Assembly (NCBI GenBank): GCA_051003155.1 | Contig: JBPCLO010000026.1 | Span: 1-64,000, forward strand | Origin: Fimbriimonadales bacterium | GTDB lineage: Bacteria > Armatimonadota > Fimbriimonadia > Fimbriimonadales > ATM1 | Reading direction: 5' to 3' | DNA: 64,000 nucleotides | Part shown: positions 48,828-59,258 of the stretch, piece after piece | Layout: every line of letters starts with the position of its first letter | Position numbering within the stretch: position 1 is the first letter of the stretch | Translations under genes and position numbers: made by a program | Notes under the pieces: generated by a model | Database searches by the model: none | What the model saw: only the letters and a program-made list of their open reading frames with translations | What the model was told of the DNA's origin: nothing

Positions 48828-51401
48828 TTAAGACTTCCGTTTTCCCCTGAAACGCTTGGGCGGGCCCGCAGCCTTCTTCCTTTCAAGGAATGCTCTTGCT
48901 TCAGTTTCAGCGAGCGTTGCGGGATCCGTTCCTTTGGGCAACGTCGCATTCGTCTCGCCGTCGGTCACGTAGGGCCCGAATCGCCCGGACATCACTTTGA
49001 GGCCGTTCATCTCCTTGATGATCGATGGCTTGCCGCCTGCGCGTTTGGATTCCTTGGGCTTTGCGAGGAGTTCGAGCGCCTCTTCGAGCGTAACCGTGGC
49101 GGCCTGTCGCCAGTCGTCGAGGTTCCGGTACTCGTTCCCGTGCTTGACGAACGGACCGTAGCGCCCTATCGCTGCCGAAATCTCGTCGCCCGTTTCGGGA
49201 TGCGCGCCGATGGCCCGAGGCAGCAAGGCCAGTTGGGCGGCCATCTCGGGCGTCACTTCCGAGGCGGCAACTCCCGGCGGAAGCGAGATGTTTCTCGGCT
49301 TGTCGTCTCCGTTTGCAGCGACCTGAAGGTAGTCCCCGAATCGGCCCCTTTGCAGCGTGATCTGCCTACCCTCAGGGTCGCTGCCAAGTGTCTCAGGCTC
49401 GGCGCCCTTATCGGAGATCAGCTTGAGAGCGACCTCTTCGGTCATTTCGGCCGGTGCGGTGTCTTCCGGCACGCTCGCGACATTGCCTTGGCCACCCTCG
49501 CCCCGTTGGACGTAAGGGCCATACCTTCCTACCTTTACCACGACTTGGTCGCCGATGCGAATCGATGGGAACTCCGCCTCGGCCTCTCCGATCTTCACGC
49601 GCTCCGCGATTCCGTCGTTCTTCTTGCCGAAGTAGAACTCTCTCAGAGGCTGGTCCCAGCTCATCTCGCCGCGTGCGATGTCGTCGAGCTCGTCCTCCAT
49701 ATGCGCGGTGAACTTCAGATCGACGAGATCGTCGAAATGGGTCTCGAGGAGTTGGGTTACAGCGTACGCGGTGAAGGTCGGCACAAGCTCGTTTTTTCGC
49801 TTAAAGATGTATCCGCGGTCTTGAATGGTGGTGATGACCGTGGCATAGGTGCTCGGGCGGCCGATGCCTTCCTCTTCGAGCTTCTTGACGAGGCTCGCCT
49901 CGGTGTACCTCGCGGGCGGTTTCGTGGAGTGCCCTTCCGCGTCGACGCTCAGCGGCTGGACTTCTTCTCCCTGCGTAAGTGCGGGCAGCAGGACTTCCTG
50001 GTCTTCCAACTCGGCTTCCGGATCGTCCGATCCCTCCACGTAAGCCCGCAGGTAACCCGGGAACAGGATTTGCTTGCCGCTTGCCGCGAACACCATGTCG
50101 GCGACGGTGACCTCGACGTTCGTGCGTTTGATCCTTGCCGGAACCATCTGCGATGCGACCGTTCGCTTCCAAATCAACTCGTATATCTTGTACTGATCGT
50201 CGTCGAGGTACTTGCGAACGTCCTGGGGCCTCCTCGATAGGTCGGTCGGCCGTATCGCCTCGTGCGCTTCCTGGGCGCCCTTCGATTTCGTCTTGTAGCG
50301 TATCGGCCCCGGCGGCAGGTACTCCGCGCCGTACATCTCCTTGATTACCCGCCTGCACTGTTCAAGCGCTTTCTCAGAGAGCGTCACGCTGTCGGTTCGC
50401 ATGTAGGTGATGAGACCCACGCGCTCGCCGCCGAGGTCGATCCCCTCATATAGCTGCTGCGCCACCTGCATGGTTCGCTTGGAGGTGAATCGCAGCTTGC
50501 GGTTGGCCTCTTGCTGGAGTGTAGAAGTGGTGAACGGCGGGTACGGGCTCTGCGTGCCGGGCGACTCGGTGAGCTTTGATATGACCCACGGACACAGGTC
50601 GATCGCCCTTATGGCGAGGTCTCTCGCCCCTTGTTCTGCCAGGAGCCGATGTCTCGTCGACTTGATCGCTCCGGTCTCCGGGTCGAATGCTTTGCCGTCG
50701 GCCAAGAGGGCGCTGCCGATCCGGATCAGCCGGGCCTTGAAGGAGCCGGCCTTTGCCTGTATCTTCGCGACGAGGTCCCAGTAGTCCGACGACCTGAATG
50801 CCGCGCGCTCGCGCTCGCGCTCTACCGTGAGCCGCACCGCAACGCTCTGGACGCGCCCGGCGCTCAGCCCGGGCACGACCTTCTTCCACAATAGCGGCGA
50901 AAGCGTGTATCCAAAGAGCCTGTCAAGGACCCGGCGCGCTTCCTGCGCCTTTACGAGCGAGTCATTAATCTGCCTTGGAGCGCCTAGCGCCTCCTCGATC
51001 GCCTCCTTGGTAACTTCGTGGAATACGATGCGCCGGATATCCATCCCTTTCTTCGGCGACAGGACCTGAAGTATGTGCCAGCTGATGCTCTCGCCCTCAC
51101 GGTCTTCGTCCGTCGCGAGCAGGATGCTGCCGGCATCCTTCATGGCCGCCTTCAGTTTCGCAACGTGCTTCCTTTTGTCAGCCGGAACTACATAAAGCGG
51201 CTCGAACCCCTTGTCGACATTGACACCCAGACGGGCCCATTTCTCTTTTTTGACCGATTCTGGGATTTCGCTTGCATTCTGCGGCAGGTCGCGTATGTGG
51301 CCGATGCTCGCTTCGACGATGTAGTCGTTCCCCAAGAACCGGCCTATGGTTTTTGCCTTGGCCGGAGACTCGACTATGATCAGCTTCTTGCCATTCGCCA
51401 T
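48828..51401 (-). CDS. topA: DNA topoisomerase I with Topo_C-type C-terminal repeats
   Basis: IVESPAKAKTI, ATDEDREGE, SAGRVQS, ITYMRTDS, AQEAHEAIRPT, GIGRPSTY, four GR(Y/F)G(P/D) repeats. Confidence 0.98.
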   Translation of the reverse strand: MANGKKLIIVESPAKAKTIGRFLGNDYIVEASIGHIRDLPQNASEIPESVKKEKWARLGVNVDKGFEPLYVVPADKRKHVAKLKAAMKDAGSILLATDEDREGESISWHILQVLSPKKGMDIRRIVFHEVTKEAIEEALGAPRQINDSLVKAQEARRVLDRLFGYTLSPLLWKKVVPGLSAGRVQSVAVRLTVERERERAAFRSSDYWDLVAKIQAKAGSFKARLIRIGSALLADGKAFDPETGAIKSTRHRLLAEQGARDLAIRAIDLCPWVISKLTESPGTQSPYPPFTTSTLQQEANRKLRFTSKRTMQVAQQLYEGIDLGGERVGLITYMRTDSVTLSEKALEQCRRVIKEMYGAEYLPPGPIRYKTKSKGAQEAHEAIRPTDLSRRPQDVRKYLDDDQYKIYELIWKRTVASQMVPARIKRTNVEVTVADMVFAASGKQILFPGYLRAYVEGSDDPEAELEDQEVLLPALTQGEEVQPLSVDAEGHSTKPPARYTEASLVKKLEEEGIGRPSTYATVITTIQDRGYIFKRKNELVPTFTAYAVTQLLETHFDDLVDLKFTAHMEDELDDIARGEMSWDQPLREFYFGKKNDGIAERVKIGEAEAEFPSIRIGDQVVVKVGRYGPYVQRGEGGQGNVASVPEDTAPAEMTEEVALKLISDKGAEPETLGSDPEGRQITLQRGRFGDYLQVAANGDDKPRNISLPPGVAASEVTPEMAAQLALLPRAIGAHPETGDEISAAIGRYGPFVKHGNEYRNLDDWRQAATVTLEEALELLAKPKESKRAGGKPSIIKEMNGLKVMSGRFGPYVTDGETNATLPKGTDPATLAETEARAFLERKKAAGPPKRFRGKRKS

Positions 51402-51492
51402 GATGCGGCATCCGCTTAGGCGGCTGCGGTTCGCTAATCTACCCGCTATCGTTAAACTTTCCGTCGCGATTAAGCGTTAACCAAGTGAACCA

Positions 51493-52884
51493 ATGAGACC
51501 CACCTTCGCTTCGCTGTTGCTTCTCGCTGCCCTGACCTCAGCGTCAGCCGATGCCGAATTCGTCGGAATGTTTATGCAGGGCAAGAGGATTGGATACGTC
51601 CACACTGTGCGATTCCACGAAGCGGACGGTGACCGCACAGTGACATCGTCGAACATCAACGCGATCCTTCTCGGCCAAGCGATGAAGATGGAGATCAAGG
51701 CGGAGTCATGGTCGAAGAAAGGGCGATTGTCGAAACAGGTCTTTGTCGTCGAGAGCGGTGGGCGCAGCCAGCGCATCTCTGCGGTGTATGAAGTCGACAA
51801 GGTTAGCATCACCCGGACGTCCGATGGCGCCACGGACAAAAAGACGGTGCAGATTCCGGACGGTGCACTCGTTATCGACGACCCAACGTTTGGGATTGTT
51901 GGTAAGGGAGCGCCGGAGGTGGGATCGAAACTTGTCTTTTACTCGCTCGATCCGATGCTATTGGAGTTGATCAAGAACGAAGCCGAATTCATGGGTGAGA
52001 AGGAAATCACGGTCGATGGAAAACAAATGAAGGCCTTGCTGATCAAGGTGGTCGATCCCCGCGCGACGACCGATCTCTATGTCGACAAGGCCGGTGAGTT
52101 CGTTTATGCCTCAGGTTTATTGGGCATAACGTTGAAGCCGATCACGCGGCAGGAAGCCCTTGGCGACGAGTCGTATGCGCCGGAAGTAGACTTGGCGACC
52201 GCGACCAAGATTACGCCCGACAGGCCCATCGAGAATCACGAAGATGTTACGCGGCTCGTATTGGAACTCAAGGGCGGCGACCTCAAGCGGCTGAAGAGCG
52301 ATCACTACCAAACCGCTACCCGACTCGACTCAGACACGATCAAGCTCCACATCCATCCGCCCGTCAATGGCTCTGGCATTGCGACGCAGAAGCCGGCGCC
52401 TGAATATCTGGAGCCTGGGCTCAATGTTCCGTCGGGCGATGAAGAATTCATGAGACTGTCGAAGACGATCGTCGGCGATGAAAGAGATCATCACAAGGCC
52501 GCGCTGGCCATTTCTAACGAAGTAAACCAAATCATGAAGCCCAAGGCCAATGTGGGTATGGTCCGCGACGCGCGAGAGATCCTTCGGACGAAAGAAGGAG
52601 TATGCCGCGATTACGCAACATTGGCGACGACTCTGATGCGCGCGGCAGGTATCGCTTCGAAGGTGGTCACGGGGGCCGTCTATTTCGACGGAGCCTTCTA
52701 CTACCACGCATGGGTCGAGGCCTGGGACGGCAAGACCTGGATTGCCATGGACCCGACGCTCGGGGGCGGCCTAGCCGACGCAACGCATATAAAGTTCGCC
52801 GAAGGCAACCCGGATAAAGCCTTTATTAGTTTTACACTCGATGGTGTCAAGATAAGAGTGCTCGATGTCACGCGCAAAAAGTGA
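51493..52884 (+). CDS. Secreted transglutaminase-like protein
   Basis: Signal peptide; GVCRDYA, YHAWVE, W..MDPT triad. Confidence 0.88.
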   Translation: MRPTFASLLLLAALTSASADAEFVGMFMQGKRIGYVHTVRFHEADGDRTVTSSNINAILLGQAMKMEIKAESWSKKGRLSKQVFVVESGGRSQRISAVYEVDKVSITRTSDGATDKKTVQIPDGALVIDDPTFGIVGKGAPEVGSKLVFYSLDPMLLELIKNEAEFMGEKEITVDGKQMKALLIKVVDPRATTDLYVDKAGEFVYASGLLGITLKPITRQEALGDESYAPEVDLATATKITPDRPIENHEDVTRLVLELKGGDLKRLKSDHYQTATRLDSDTIKLHIHPPVNGSGIATQKPAPEYLEPGLNVPSGDEEFMRLSKTIVGDERDHHKAALAISNEVNQIMKPKANVGMVRDAREILRTKEGVCRDYATLATTLMRAAGIASKVVTGAVYFDGAFYYHAWVEAWDGKTWIAMDPTLGGGLADATHIKFAEGNPDKAFISFTLDGVKIRVLDVTRKK

Positions 52885-52893
52885 GGGGGGCGG

Positions 52894-53988
52894 TTGAGGC
52901 CACTTAGGGCGGTCTGGATCGCTGTTTGGATGGTTGCCGGAGGTGTTATCGCCGGCTTGGCTTTGCCCTCGATGATGGAGGCCACGTACAGACTCCTGTC
53001 GAACGTCGCCGACCGGCCCGGGGAAGACATCCCTTCGTTTCGCGTTCCCTTTACCCTGGGCGCAACCTTCCTCTTTGGAGCGATCATCCTGGGCTTGGTC
53101 GGCACCTACACGGCGGCGAAAATGGAGGAATGGATCTACCGTTGGGAGCATATGGGAAGCGCCGACAAGATTACGCTCTTCGTCGGCGTCCTTATCGGTG
53201 TCTTGCTAAGCATTCCTTTCCACTTGGTGGCCTTCTTTTTCGGTCCCGTCTTCGTAATCGGCAGCTTCCTCTTTATGATTGTCTTGGTTGCGTTTAGCAT
53301 CGCGATCATGCGTAGCATGCAAGATGCGATGCCTTGGAAAGCCGGAGCGGCGCGCAAAGGCAACACCAAGGTTTTCGATACCAACGTCATTATCGACGGC
53401 CGCATTTACGAGGTCTGCAAGGCTGGTTTCCTCGACGGAAAGTTTTATATTCCGCAGTTCGTCCTTACGGAGTTGCAGGTGATCGCGGACAGTCACGACC
53501 CGAACCGGCGTCAGCGCGGGCGGCGCGGATTGGACATGCTCAAGCACCTTCAGGGAAGCTTCAGCGTCGATATCGGGACGCAAGACCGGCTGGCCGGAGA
53601 CGTAAGCGACCCGGTCGATCAAAAGCTGGTCACACTCGCCCAAGCGCTCGGGGCACAACTAGTCACGAACGATTTCAACTTGAACAAGGTCGCCCAGGTG
53701 CAAGGCGTCTCCGTGCTCAATATCAATGACCTTGCGATGGCGATGCGGCCCGTCGTCTTGCCGGGCGACACCATGCCCGTCGAAATCGAAAGAGTGGGCA
53801 GCCAGCCCGGCCAAGGAGTCGGCTACGTGGAGGACGGCACGATGGTCATAATCGAGCACGGCGAGTACCACTTGGGTGAGCGCATCGACGTTCACGTGAC
53901 GCAAATTCACCAATCGGCGGCCGGCCGGATGATTTTCGCGACGATCGAAGGAAGCGCCGAAGGAAGGGGTCGGCGCCGCCTGCGCTAA
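52894..53988 (+). CDS. PIN/TRAM-domain membrane protein (YacL-like)
   Basis: TM helices, DTNVIIDGRI, RGRRGLD, TNDFNLNKVA, QGVGYVEDGTM. Confidence 0.92.
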   Translation: MRPLRAVWIAVWMVAGGVIAGLALPSMMEATYRLLSNVADRPGEDIPSFRVPFTLGATFLFGAIILGLVGTYTAAKMEEWIYRWEHMGSADKITLFVGVLIGVLLSIPFHLVAFFFGPVFVIGSFLFMIVLVAFSIAIMRSMQDAMPWKAGAARKGNTKVFDTNVIIDGRIYEVCKAGFLDGKFYIPQFVLTELQVIADSHDPNRRQRGRRGLDMLKHLQGSFSVDIGTQDRLAGDVSDPVDQKLVTLAQALGAQLVTNDFNLNKVAQVQGVSVLNINDLAMAMRPVVLPGDTMPVEIERVGSQPGQGVGYVEDGTMVIIEHGEYHLGERIDVHVTQIHQSAAGRMIFATIEGSAEGRGRRRLR

Positions 53989-55112
53989 TGGCGATTGCCG
54001 TCCTGTTGGCAGCCGGCAATTCGTCTCGGTTCGGTTCGGATAAGCTCCAGGTTGCGATGCCTGAAGGAATGCCTTTGTGGCGAAAATCCTTCGATGCTCT
54101 GAACAGCCATCCGTCGATTTCGGGCGTTGGGATCATTTGCCCCAAAGGTAGAGAATCTGACTTCCATCTACCCGAGGCGTTATTCGTGGTCGCCGGCGGT
54201 GATACGCGTAAAGACAGCAGCCTCATCGGCGTCGCTGCCACACCGGAAAATGCAGATATCGTTTTGGTTCACGACGCGGCCAGGCCCTACGTCGACGCCA
54301 AGCTGATCGAAGCGGTGATTCTTTCGGCCAGCGCGCACGGCGCAGCGATCCCGGGGATGCAGGTTCACGACACTATTGTGCGCGGCGACGAGTGGGTCGA
54401 CGCGTCATTGGACCGCGAGCTCCTGTTTCGCGCTCAAACGCCGCAAGGAGCACGCCGCGATTGGCTATTAGACGCTCTTACAAGGGCGACACACGCGACG
54501 GATGAAGCTTCGGCGCTAAGGGCGGCCGGATACCCGGTAAAACTCGAGCCCGGCAGTGCGGGCAACATTAAGGTGACGTTGCGAACAGATTTGCCCAGGT
54601 GGAGCGCAACCATTACTGTGACGGGTTTCGGATACGATGTCCACCGATTCTCGGATGACCCGGAAAGGCCGCTTATCTTAGGAGGTGTCCGTTTCACAGG
54701 ATCGAAGGGCCTTCAGGGGCATTCGGATGCCGATGTCGTTTTGCATTCGGTCACCGACGCTCTCCTGGGCTCGTGTGGTTTAGGAGACATCGGACAGCTC
54801 TTCCCGGACGCAGACCCTGCGTGGCACAATGCCGATAGCCTAGTATTTCTGAGAGAAGCGGCGAGGCTAGTTTCATCGAAAGGCGGCATAATCGCCGCCA
54901 TCGACATCACCGTTTTGGCAGAGACGCCCAAACTGGGTGAAGCTCGCGAGCAGATCCGTGCAATATTGTCGAATGAGCTTGGCGTCGCACAAAGTAATAT
55001 AAACGTCAAGGCGACAACGATGGAGGGTCTCGGAGCTATCGGGAGAAAAGAGGGTATAGCCTCCATGGCCGTTGCTACCGTCATCCGCCCACTTTCTCAT
55101 TTCGAGGTGTAA
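53988..55112 (+). CDS. ispDF: Bifunctional IspD/IspF
   Basis: LAAGNSSRF..K, VHDAARP, AQTPQ, NIKVT, then GFGYDVH, GHSDADV..H..DA, DIG..FP, VKATT.EGLG. Confidence 0.95.
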   Translation: MAIAVLLAAGNSSRFGSDKLQVAMPEGMPLWRKSFDALNSHPSISGVGIICPKGRESDFHLPEALFVVAGGDTRKDSSLIGVAATPENADIVLVHDAARPYVDAKLIEAVILSASAHGAAIPGMQVHDTIVRGDEWVDASLDRELLFRAQTPQGARRDWLLDALTRATHATDEASALRAAGYPVKLEPGSAGNIKVTLRTDLPRWSATITVTGFGYDVHRFSDDPERPLILGGVRFTGSKGLQGHSDADVVLHSVTDALLGSCGLGDIGQLFPDADPAWHNADSLVFLREAARLVSSKGGIIAAIDITVLAETPKLGEAREQIRAILSNELGVAQSNINVKATTMEGLGAIGRKEGIASMAVATVIRPLSHFEV

Positions 55113-55117
55113 TTAGA

Positions 55118-55654
55118 ATGGAACTATTGGTAAGAAACGCCGAAGGCAATGTGCCCCAATCGCAACGAGACTACGCAGCCAAGAGACTGAGCAAACTCGA
55201 ACGGTTTTTCAAGAAGGCGACCAAGGTCGAAATGGTCCATTCCGAGCAGAAGGGTGAGCACAGGCTCGAAGTCACTGTGTTTGCGGATAACTTCACCATT
55301 CGCGGCGACGAGCACGACACTTCCTTGCACGCTTGCATCGACAAGGTCACCGAAAAACTGGAAACGCGCCTCAAGAAGCTTAAAACGCGTATTGTCGACT
55401 CTCACCGGCGGGGTGGCATAAAGGAGCTGCCGCCGGCACTCCTGGAGCCACACGACATCGAACCGCACGAGGAGCGCCCGATTATCGAAAGGAAGGTCTT
55501 CACGGTAAAAGACATGTCGATCGAGGAAGCCAGTCTGCAGATGGAATTGGTCGACCATCCTTTCTTCGTCTTCAGAAACGAAGATTCCGGGAGTTTCTCC
55601 GTTCTCTATAAGCGACGTGACGGTAACTACGGGTTGCTGGAGCCAGAGCTTTAG
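55118..55654 (+). CDS. hpf: Long ribosome hibernation promoting factor
   Basis: YAAKRLSKLERF, ACID...KLE, MSIEEA.LQMELVDH.FFVF, YKRRDG.YGL. Confidence 0.92.
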   Translation: MELLVRNAEGNVPQSQRDYAAKRLSKLERFFKKATKVEMVHSEQKGEHRLEVTVFADNFTIRGDEHDTSLHACIDKVTEKLETRLKKLKTRIVDSHRRGGIKELPPALLEPHDIEPHEERPIIERKVFTVKDMSIEEASLQMELVDHPFFVFRNEDSGSFSVLYKRRDGNYGLLEPEL

Positions 55655-55689
55655 CGGGCTCCGAACTTCCCCCCATGAATTCGATCGAT

Positions 55690-56105
55690 CGAGACGAAAC
55701 AACATCGTGCTCGGTGACTGCCTCGACATCCTACGCAACCTACCGGCAGCTGATCTACAACGATCCTCCGTTCAACACGGTCGAAATGTTAAAGACGGAT
55801 TTCAGTCAAGGTTCGCTGCCGAAGTGAACGGACGCGCCTCGTTTTCAGAGGGAAGCATTATCGAGCGGAAAGGCTTGGGGAGCAGCCGTATTCAGACCGG
55901 CATGAGGGCTACCTTGACTCTTTCGAACTCCGTCTGCGTGCACTCCGTGGCCGGTGACTCGGTGTTGGACTTCTTCGCTGGCAGCGGCACGACCGGATAA
56001 GCCGCGGCTAAGAACAATCGCTTATTCTCCCTCGTCGACTCAGACCCGGAAGCGATGGCCATCATGAAGAAGCGGCTCGGGCGGTTCTTGCCCCTAGCCG
56101 ATTAG
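55690..56105 (+). pseudogene. Decayed beta-class N6/N4 DNA methyltransferase
   Basis: GDCLDIL, then IYNDPPFNT in another frame, then VLDFFAGSGTTG-TAA-AAAKNNR..D....A..IM.KRL; the middle of the gene is missing. Confidence 0.8.
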
Positions 56106-57287
56106 CAATCCGAGCCGCGCGTCTCCCGCAGCATGATCCACATTTGCCGGAACTCGAACCAGCACGTCCGCGGCGCCTAGCGACCTAAGACCGAAAGAGC
56201 CTTGCTCGTGCACCCGGCGAGCGACAAGCCGACCGCTTTCTAGTCTGCTCTGGCACCGAACGAATTCGTCCCGGTCGCACTCGATGTGAGAGTCGAGGTA
56301 GCCAACCGGCACCCATCGTAAGGCCGAGCGCCCATGCCCTGCGAGACGCCCAATCGCCTCGCGAACAAGTATCTCGAAACAAACGAAGGCGCTCGCTGGG
56401 TTGCCAGGAAGGCCGAACAGAATTGCATTGCCCACCTTCCCAGCCAAGAACGGCTTTCCTGGCTTGACGCTAACTCCGTGAAGAATCACCTGACCAAGTT
56501 CGGCAGCGGCCGACGCGACGTGGTCATGCTCGCCGACAGACGCACCACCGGAAATGAGAACGATGTCGCTGATTTCGGAAGCCGCACGTATTCGGTCGAG
56601 AATTGCGCCTCGATCGTCTATTTCTGTCATCGCACCTACTATGACGGCGCCGGCGCTCCGTACCTGGCTCTCGAGCATCAACGTATTGCTGTCGTGCAGC
56701 TGCCAAGGATTTGGCTTTACACTTGGCGGGACGAGCTCGTCACCGGTTGTCAGGATCGTAACCCGAACACGCGTGAAGACCCTCGCCTCGACAATTCCCT
56801 GCGAAGCCAACAGAGCCAAGTTTCCCGGCCCGAGCGTCACCGACGGTGAAAGCAGCAGCTCGCCGGTGCCGAAATCGGCACCCAATCGTCGTACGTGATG
56901 CCCTGTCGAGACTCGTTCTCCCAGGATGGCCCCATCGCCCGTGATGGCAACGTCTTCTTGCATGGCGACACCGTATACATTCTCGGGCAGGGGGCTTCCG
57001 GTGAACACACGCAGGGCCGCGCCGCGAGGAATGTTCGGCGGTGGCGCGTCCCCGGCAGCGCTTACTCCGCACACTGACAAGACTCTTCCAGGCTCCACGT
57101 CCTCTTCGTTTCCGACAGCGTATCCATCGACCGCCGAATTGGTGAACGGAGGCACCGGCCGGATTGCGTAAACCGGTTCGGCGAGAGCCCGACCTGCGAA
57201 ATCGCCTTCGGCAACGATTTCCGCCCCCGCCGTTGGAAGAGCGCCGGCAATCGCCTCGCATGCTTCCTCGTAGGTCAGCAAGGTCAT
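56094..57287 (-). CDS. moeA: Molybdopterin molybdotransferase
   Basis: PPFTNSAVDGYA, TGDEL, DSN, SGGASVG..D, KPGKP, GLPGNP.S. Confidence 0.95.
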   Translation of the reverse strand: MTLLTYEEACEAIAGALPTAGAEIVAEGDFAGRALAEPVYAIRPVPPFTNSAVDGYAVGNEEDVEPGRVLSVCGVSAAGDAPPPNIPRGAALRVFTGSPLPENVYGVAMQEDVAITGDGAILGERVSTGHHVRRLGADFGTGELLLSPSVTLGPGNLALLASQGIVEARVFTRVRVTILTTGDELVPPSVKPNPWQLHDSNTLMLESQVRSAGAVIVGAMTEIDDRGAILDRIRAASEISDIVLISGGASVGEHDHVASAAAELGQVILHGVSVKPGKPFLAGKVGNAILFGLPGNPASAFVCFEILVREAIGRLAGHGRSALRWVPVGYLDSHIECDRDEFVRCQSRLESGRLVARRVHEQGSFGLRSLGAADVLVRVPANVDHAAGDARLGLLIG

Positions 57288-58567
57288 TTGCCACGCACGA
57301 TCGCGCGTTCAGCAGGGTTGATGATAGCCGTCGCTCTCATAAGCGTTGCAGGCGTCAGAGTGATTTGGCCGCTTCGCATAACAGCGAGGCCCGATTCCTC
57401 GCTCACTTCTAAGGCGAGTTGTAGCCGTCCCGCGCTTCGCCACGCCAACGGAAGCTTGGATTTGGCGGCCGTGACGACAACGGAGCCACCTGTGAGTGCC
57501 AATGGTAGCATTGTCTGGAAGGGCAGCATTTCGAGGTTCACATTCGTGAGCCGCTTGCGCCCGGTCAGTTTGAGCTCGACGGCTATTCCCTTCGATGCGT
57601 GATCGGCGCTCATCAGAAGCGTCCACTTGGCGAATTCATTTGAACCGCCAAGCTCGACGCCACGCGGCGTAACGCCTTTGACTTTCGACCAAAAGGGAAT
57701 CGAGCCACCGGAGGAAGGGACCAATTGGCCAAGCTGCTGCAAGATCCCCAGTTCCGCTCCGTCATCCGTCGTTAGCAGCGCCGGGCCGAAATCAAGGTCC
57801 GTCTCGTGCGCCGTCATCCGCAACGAACGGCTCCCAACCGAGTACCACCGTCTGCCGGACACGACGCTCTGAACGGGGCGTCCCTCAGCGCTCGGAACGT
57901 GCCGAAGTGTTGCGCCCTCGGCTTTGATAACCCCCCCAGGGTATTCGTATTCGATCTCAAACGGGGAGTACGCCCCGCGCTGCTTTAGGATCGGGAACGA
58001 CACTCCCGTGGAATCGCCAACCTCCAACATGCGCACCCTCACCTCGTGCCGATGCTCCTCCACCAAGTCGTGGTGTGTCGTGACCAGCCGTGCGATCTGG
58101 CTATCGATAACCTCAGAGCCGGTATTCCGAATATCGCACAGAATTTCGAACGGCTTGCCCGGCTGCCTGAACGCCGCGGTCGAACGGATATTCAGAATCC
58201 GTGCGCGAGCCCCTACCGGCATAACGAGGACCCTGGCTATCCCCACGTGGTGGCCCGGCCGCGCCGTCACCTGAACGCGAACCCGGCCTTCGGTCGGGAC
58301 GACTTCACCCGACTGATCCGGCTTGAGCAAGGAATTTGCGCCGATCACGGCAAGATCGCAGTCGCCACGGATTGCGCGCTCTACCTCTACATGGTAGGCC
58401 GCACCGGGAACGACAGTAAGAGGCTCGCTGCATATCGCCGCGCTGTGGCTCTCGCCGGCGAGCATCACAAATCGCTTGGTCTCGTTGCGAACGAAGGTAA
58501 CCCCGCTGGGAGTGCTCTCCCACTCGCTCAGGCCGGCTTCGAATGATCCGTTGGGAATAAGGTTCAT
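57284..58567 (-). CDS. Hypothetical beta-rich protein (CBM-like N-terminus, Ig-like middle)
   Basis: MNLIPNGSFE...W start, IRNTG motif; ATGA overlap with moeA. Confidence 0.65.
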   Translation of the reverse strand: MNLIPNGSFEAGLSEWESTPSGVTFVRNETKRFVMLAGESHSAAICSEPLTVVPGAAYHVEVERAIRGDCDLAVIGANSLLKPDQSGEVVPTEGRVRVQVTARPGHHVGIARVLVMPVGARARILNIRSTAAFRQPGKPFEILCDIRNTGSEVIDSQIARLVTTHHDLVEEHRHEVRVRMLEVGDSTGVSFPILKQRGAYSPFEIEYEYPGGVIKAEGATLRHVPSAEGRPVQSVVSGRRWYSVGSRSLRMTAHETDLDFGPALLTTDDGAELGILQQLGQLVPSSGGSIPFWSKVKGVTPRGVELGGSNEFAKWTLLMSADHASKGIAVELKLTGRKRLTNVNLEMLPFQTMLPLALTGGSVVVTAAKSKLPLAWRSAGRLQLALEVSEESGLAVMRSGQITLTPATLMRATAIINPAERAIVRGK

Positions 58568-58632
58568 AGGGCTTAGTCGTCCTCATTTTGACGCCTGAGC
58601 GAACGAGTTAACCGCCAGGGTGGCCTCGCTCA

Positions 58633-58670
58633 AACAAAAGGTGGGCCGAGCATTCGCCCAGCCCACTTTG
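58633..58670 (-). terminator. Terminator hairpin after the PEP-CTERM gene
   Basis: GTGGGC..GCCCAC stem with a TTTTGTTT tail on the minus strand. Confidence 0.6.
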
Positions 58671-58697
58671 GCCTCTTTGCTGTCGCTATACTAAGCC

Positions 58698-59258
58698 TCA
58701 GGATTTCCGCCGCCGGAGCAGGAACGCCCCCAGGCCCAAAGATACAGCCACGATTGACCCCGGCTCAGGTACTGCCTCTACAGAGACATCGTCGATGAAA
58801 TTAAAAGAGGGAACGTCGTAGCTACCAATTCGCAGTTCCGATCCGTTGGTTGTGGCGGCGACCTGAAGCGTCACCTCTTCCCAGGATCCTTCTACAGTCG
58901 TTACGGGAGTCATGTCCAGGACGACGAATCCTTCCCACCAGATCTGGAGGCTGTCGTCCCCCTGCCCGCCATTGAGCACCCAAATCGAAACGTCGTAGCT
59001 TATGCCAGCGGACGTGGCAAGGCTTTGAAATATCTCGTCGTGCTCGAACTCAACTGCCCCAAAATATGCGAAGAACTCCCCGCTGTGTCCGCCTCCACCT
59101 GCGACACCGAATAACGAGCCGGAACCGGCCGGGTCGAGCCCCCAGGACGTGAAGTCGCCGGTCTCGAAGCCGCCGTTGACGACCAGGTTAGCGTGTGCCA
59201 CGCCCGACAAAACCGCGAGCGCCGCCAGTGACGTAAAGCGTATCTTCTTGATATTCAT
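58698..59258 (-). CDS. PEP-CTERM surface protein with a galactose-binding-like domain
   Basis: Signal peptide, NLVVNGGFETG, IDDVSV, VPEP + TM helix + RRRKS. Confidence 0.93.
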   Translation of the reverse strand: MNIKKIRFTSLAALAVLSGVAHANLVVNGGFETGDFTSWGLDPAGSGSLFGVAGGGGHSGEFFAYFGAVEFEHDEIFQSLATSAGISYDVSIWVLNGGQGDDSLQIWWEGFVVLDMTPVTTVEGSWEEVTLQVAATTNGSELRIGSYDVPSFNFIDDVSVEAVPEPGSIVAVSLGLGAFLLRRRKS

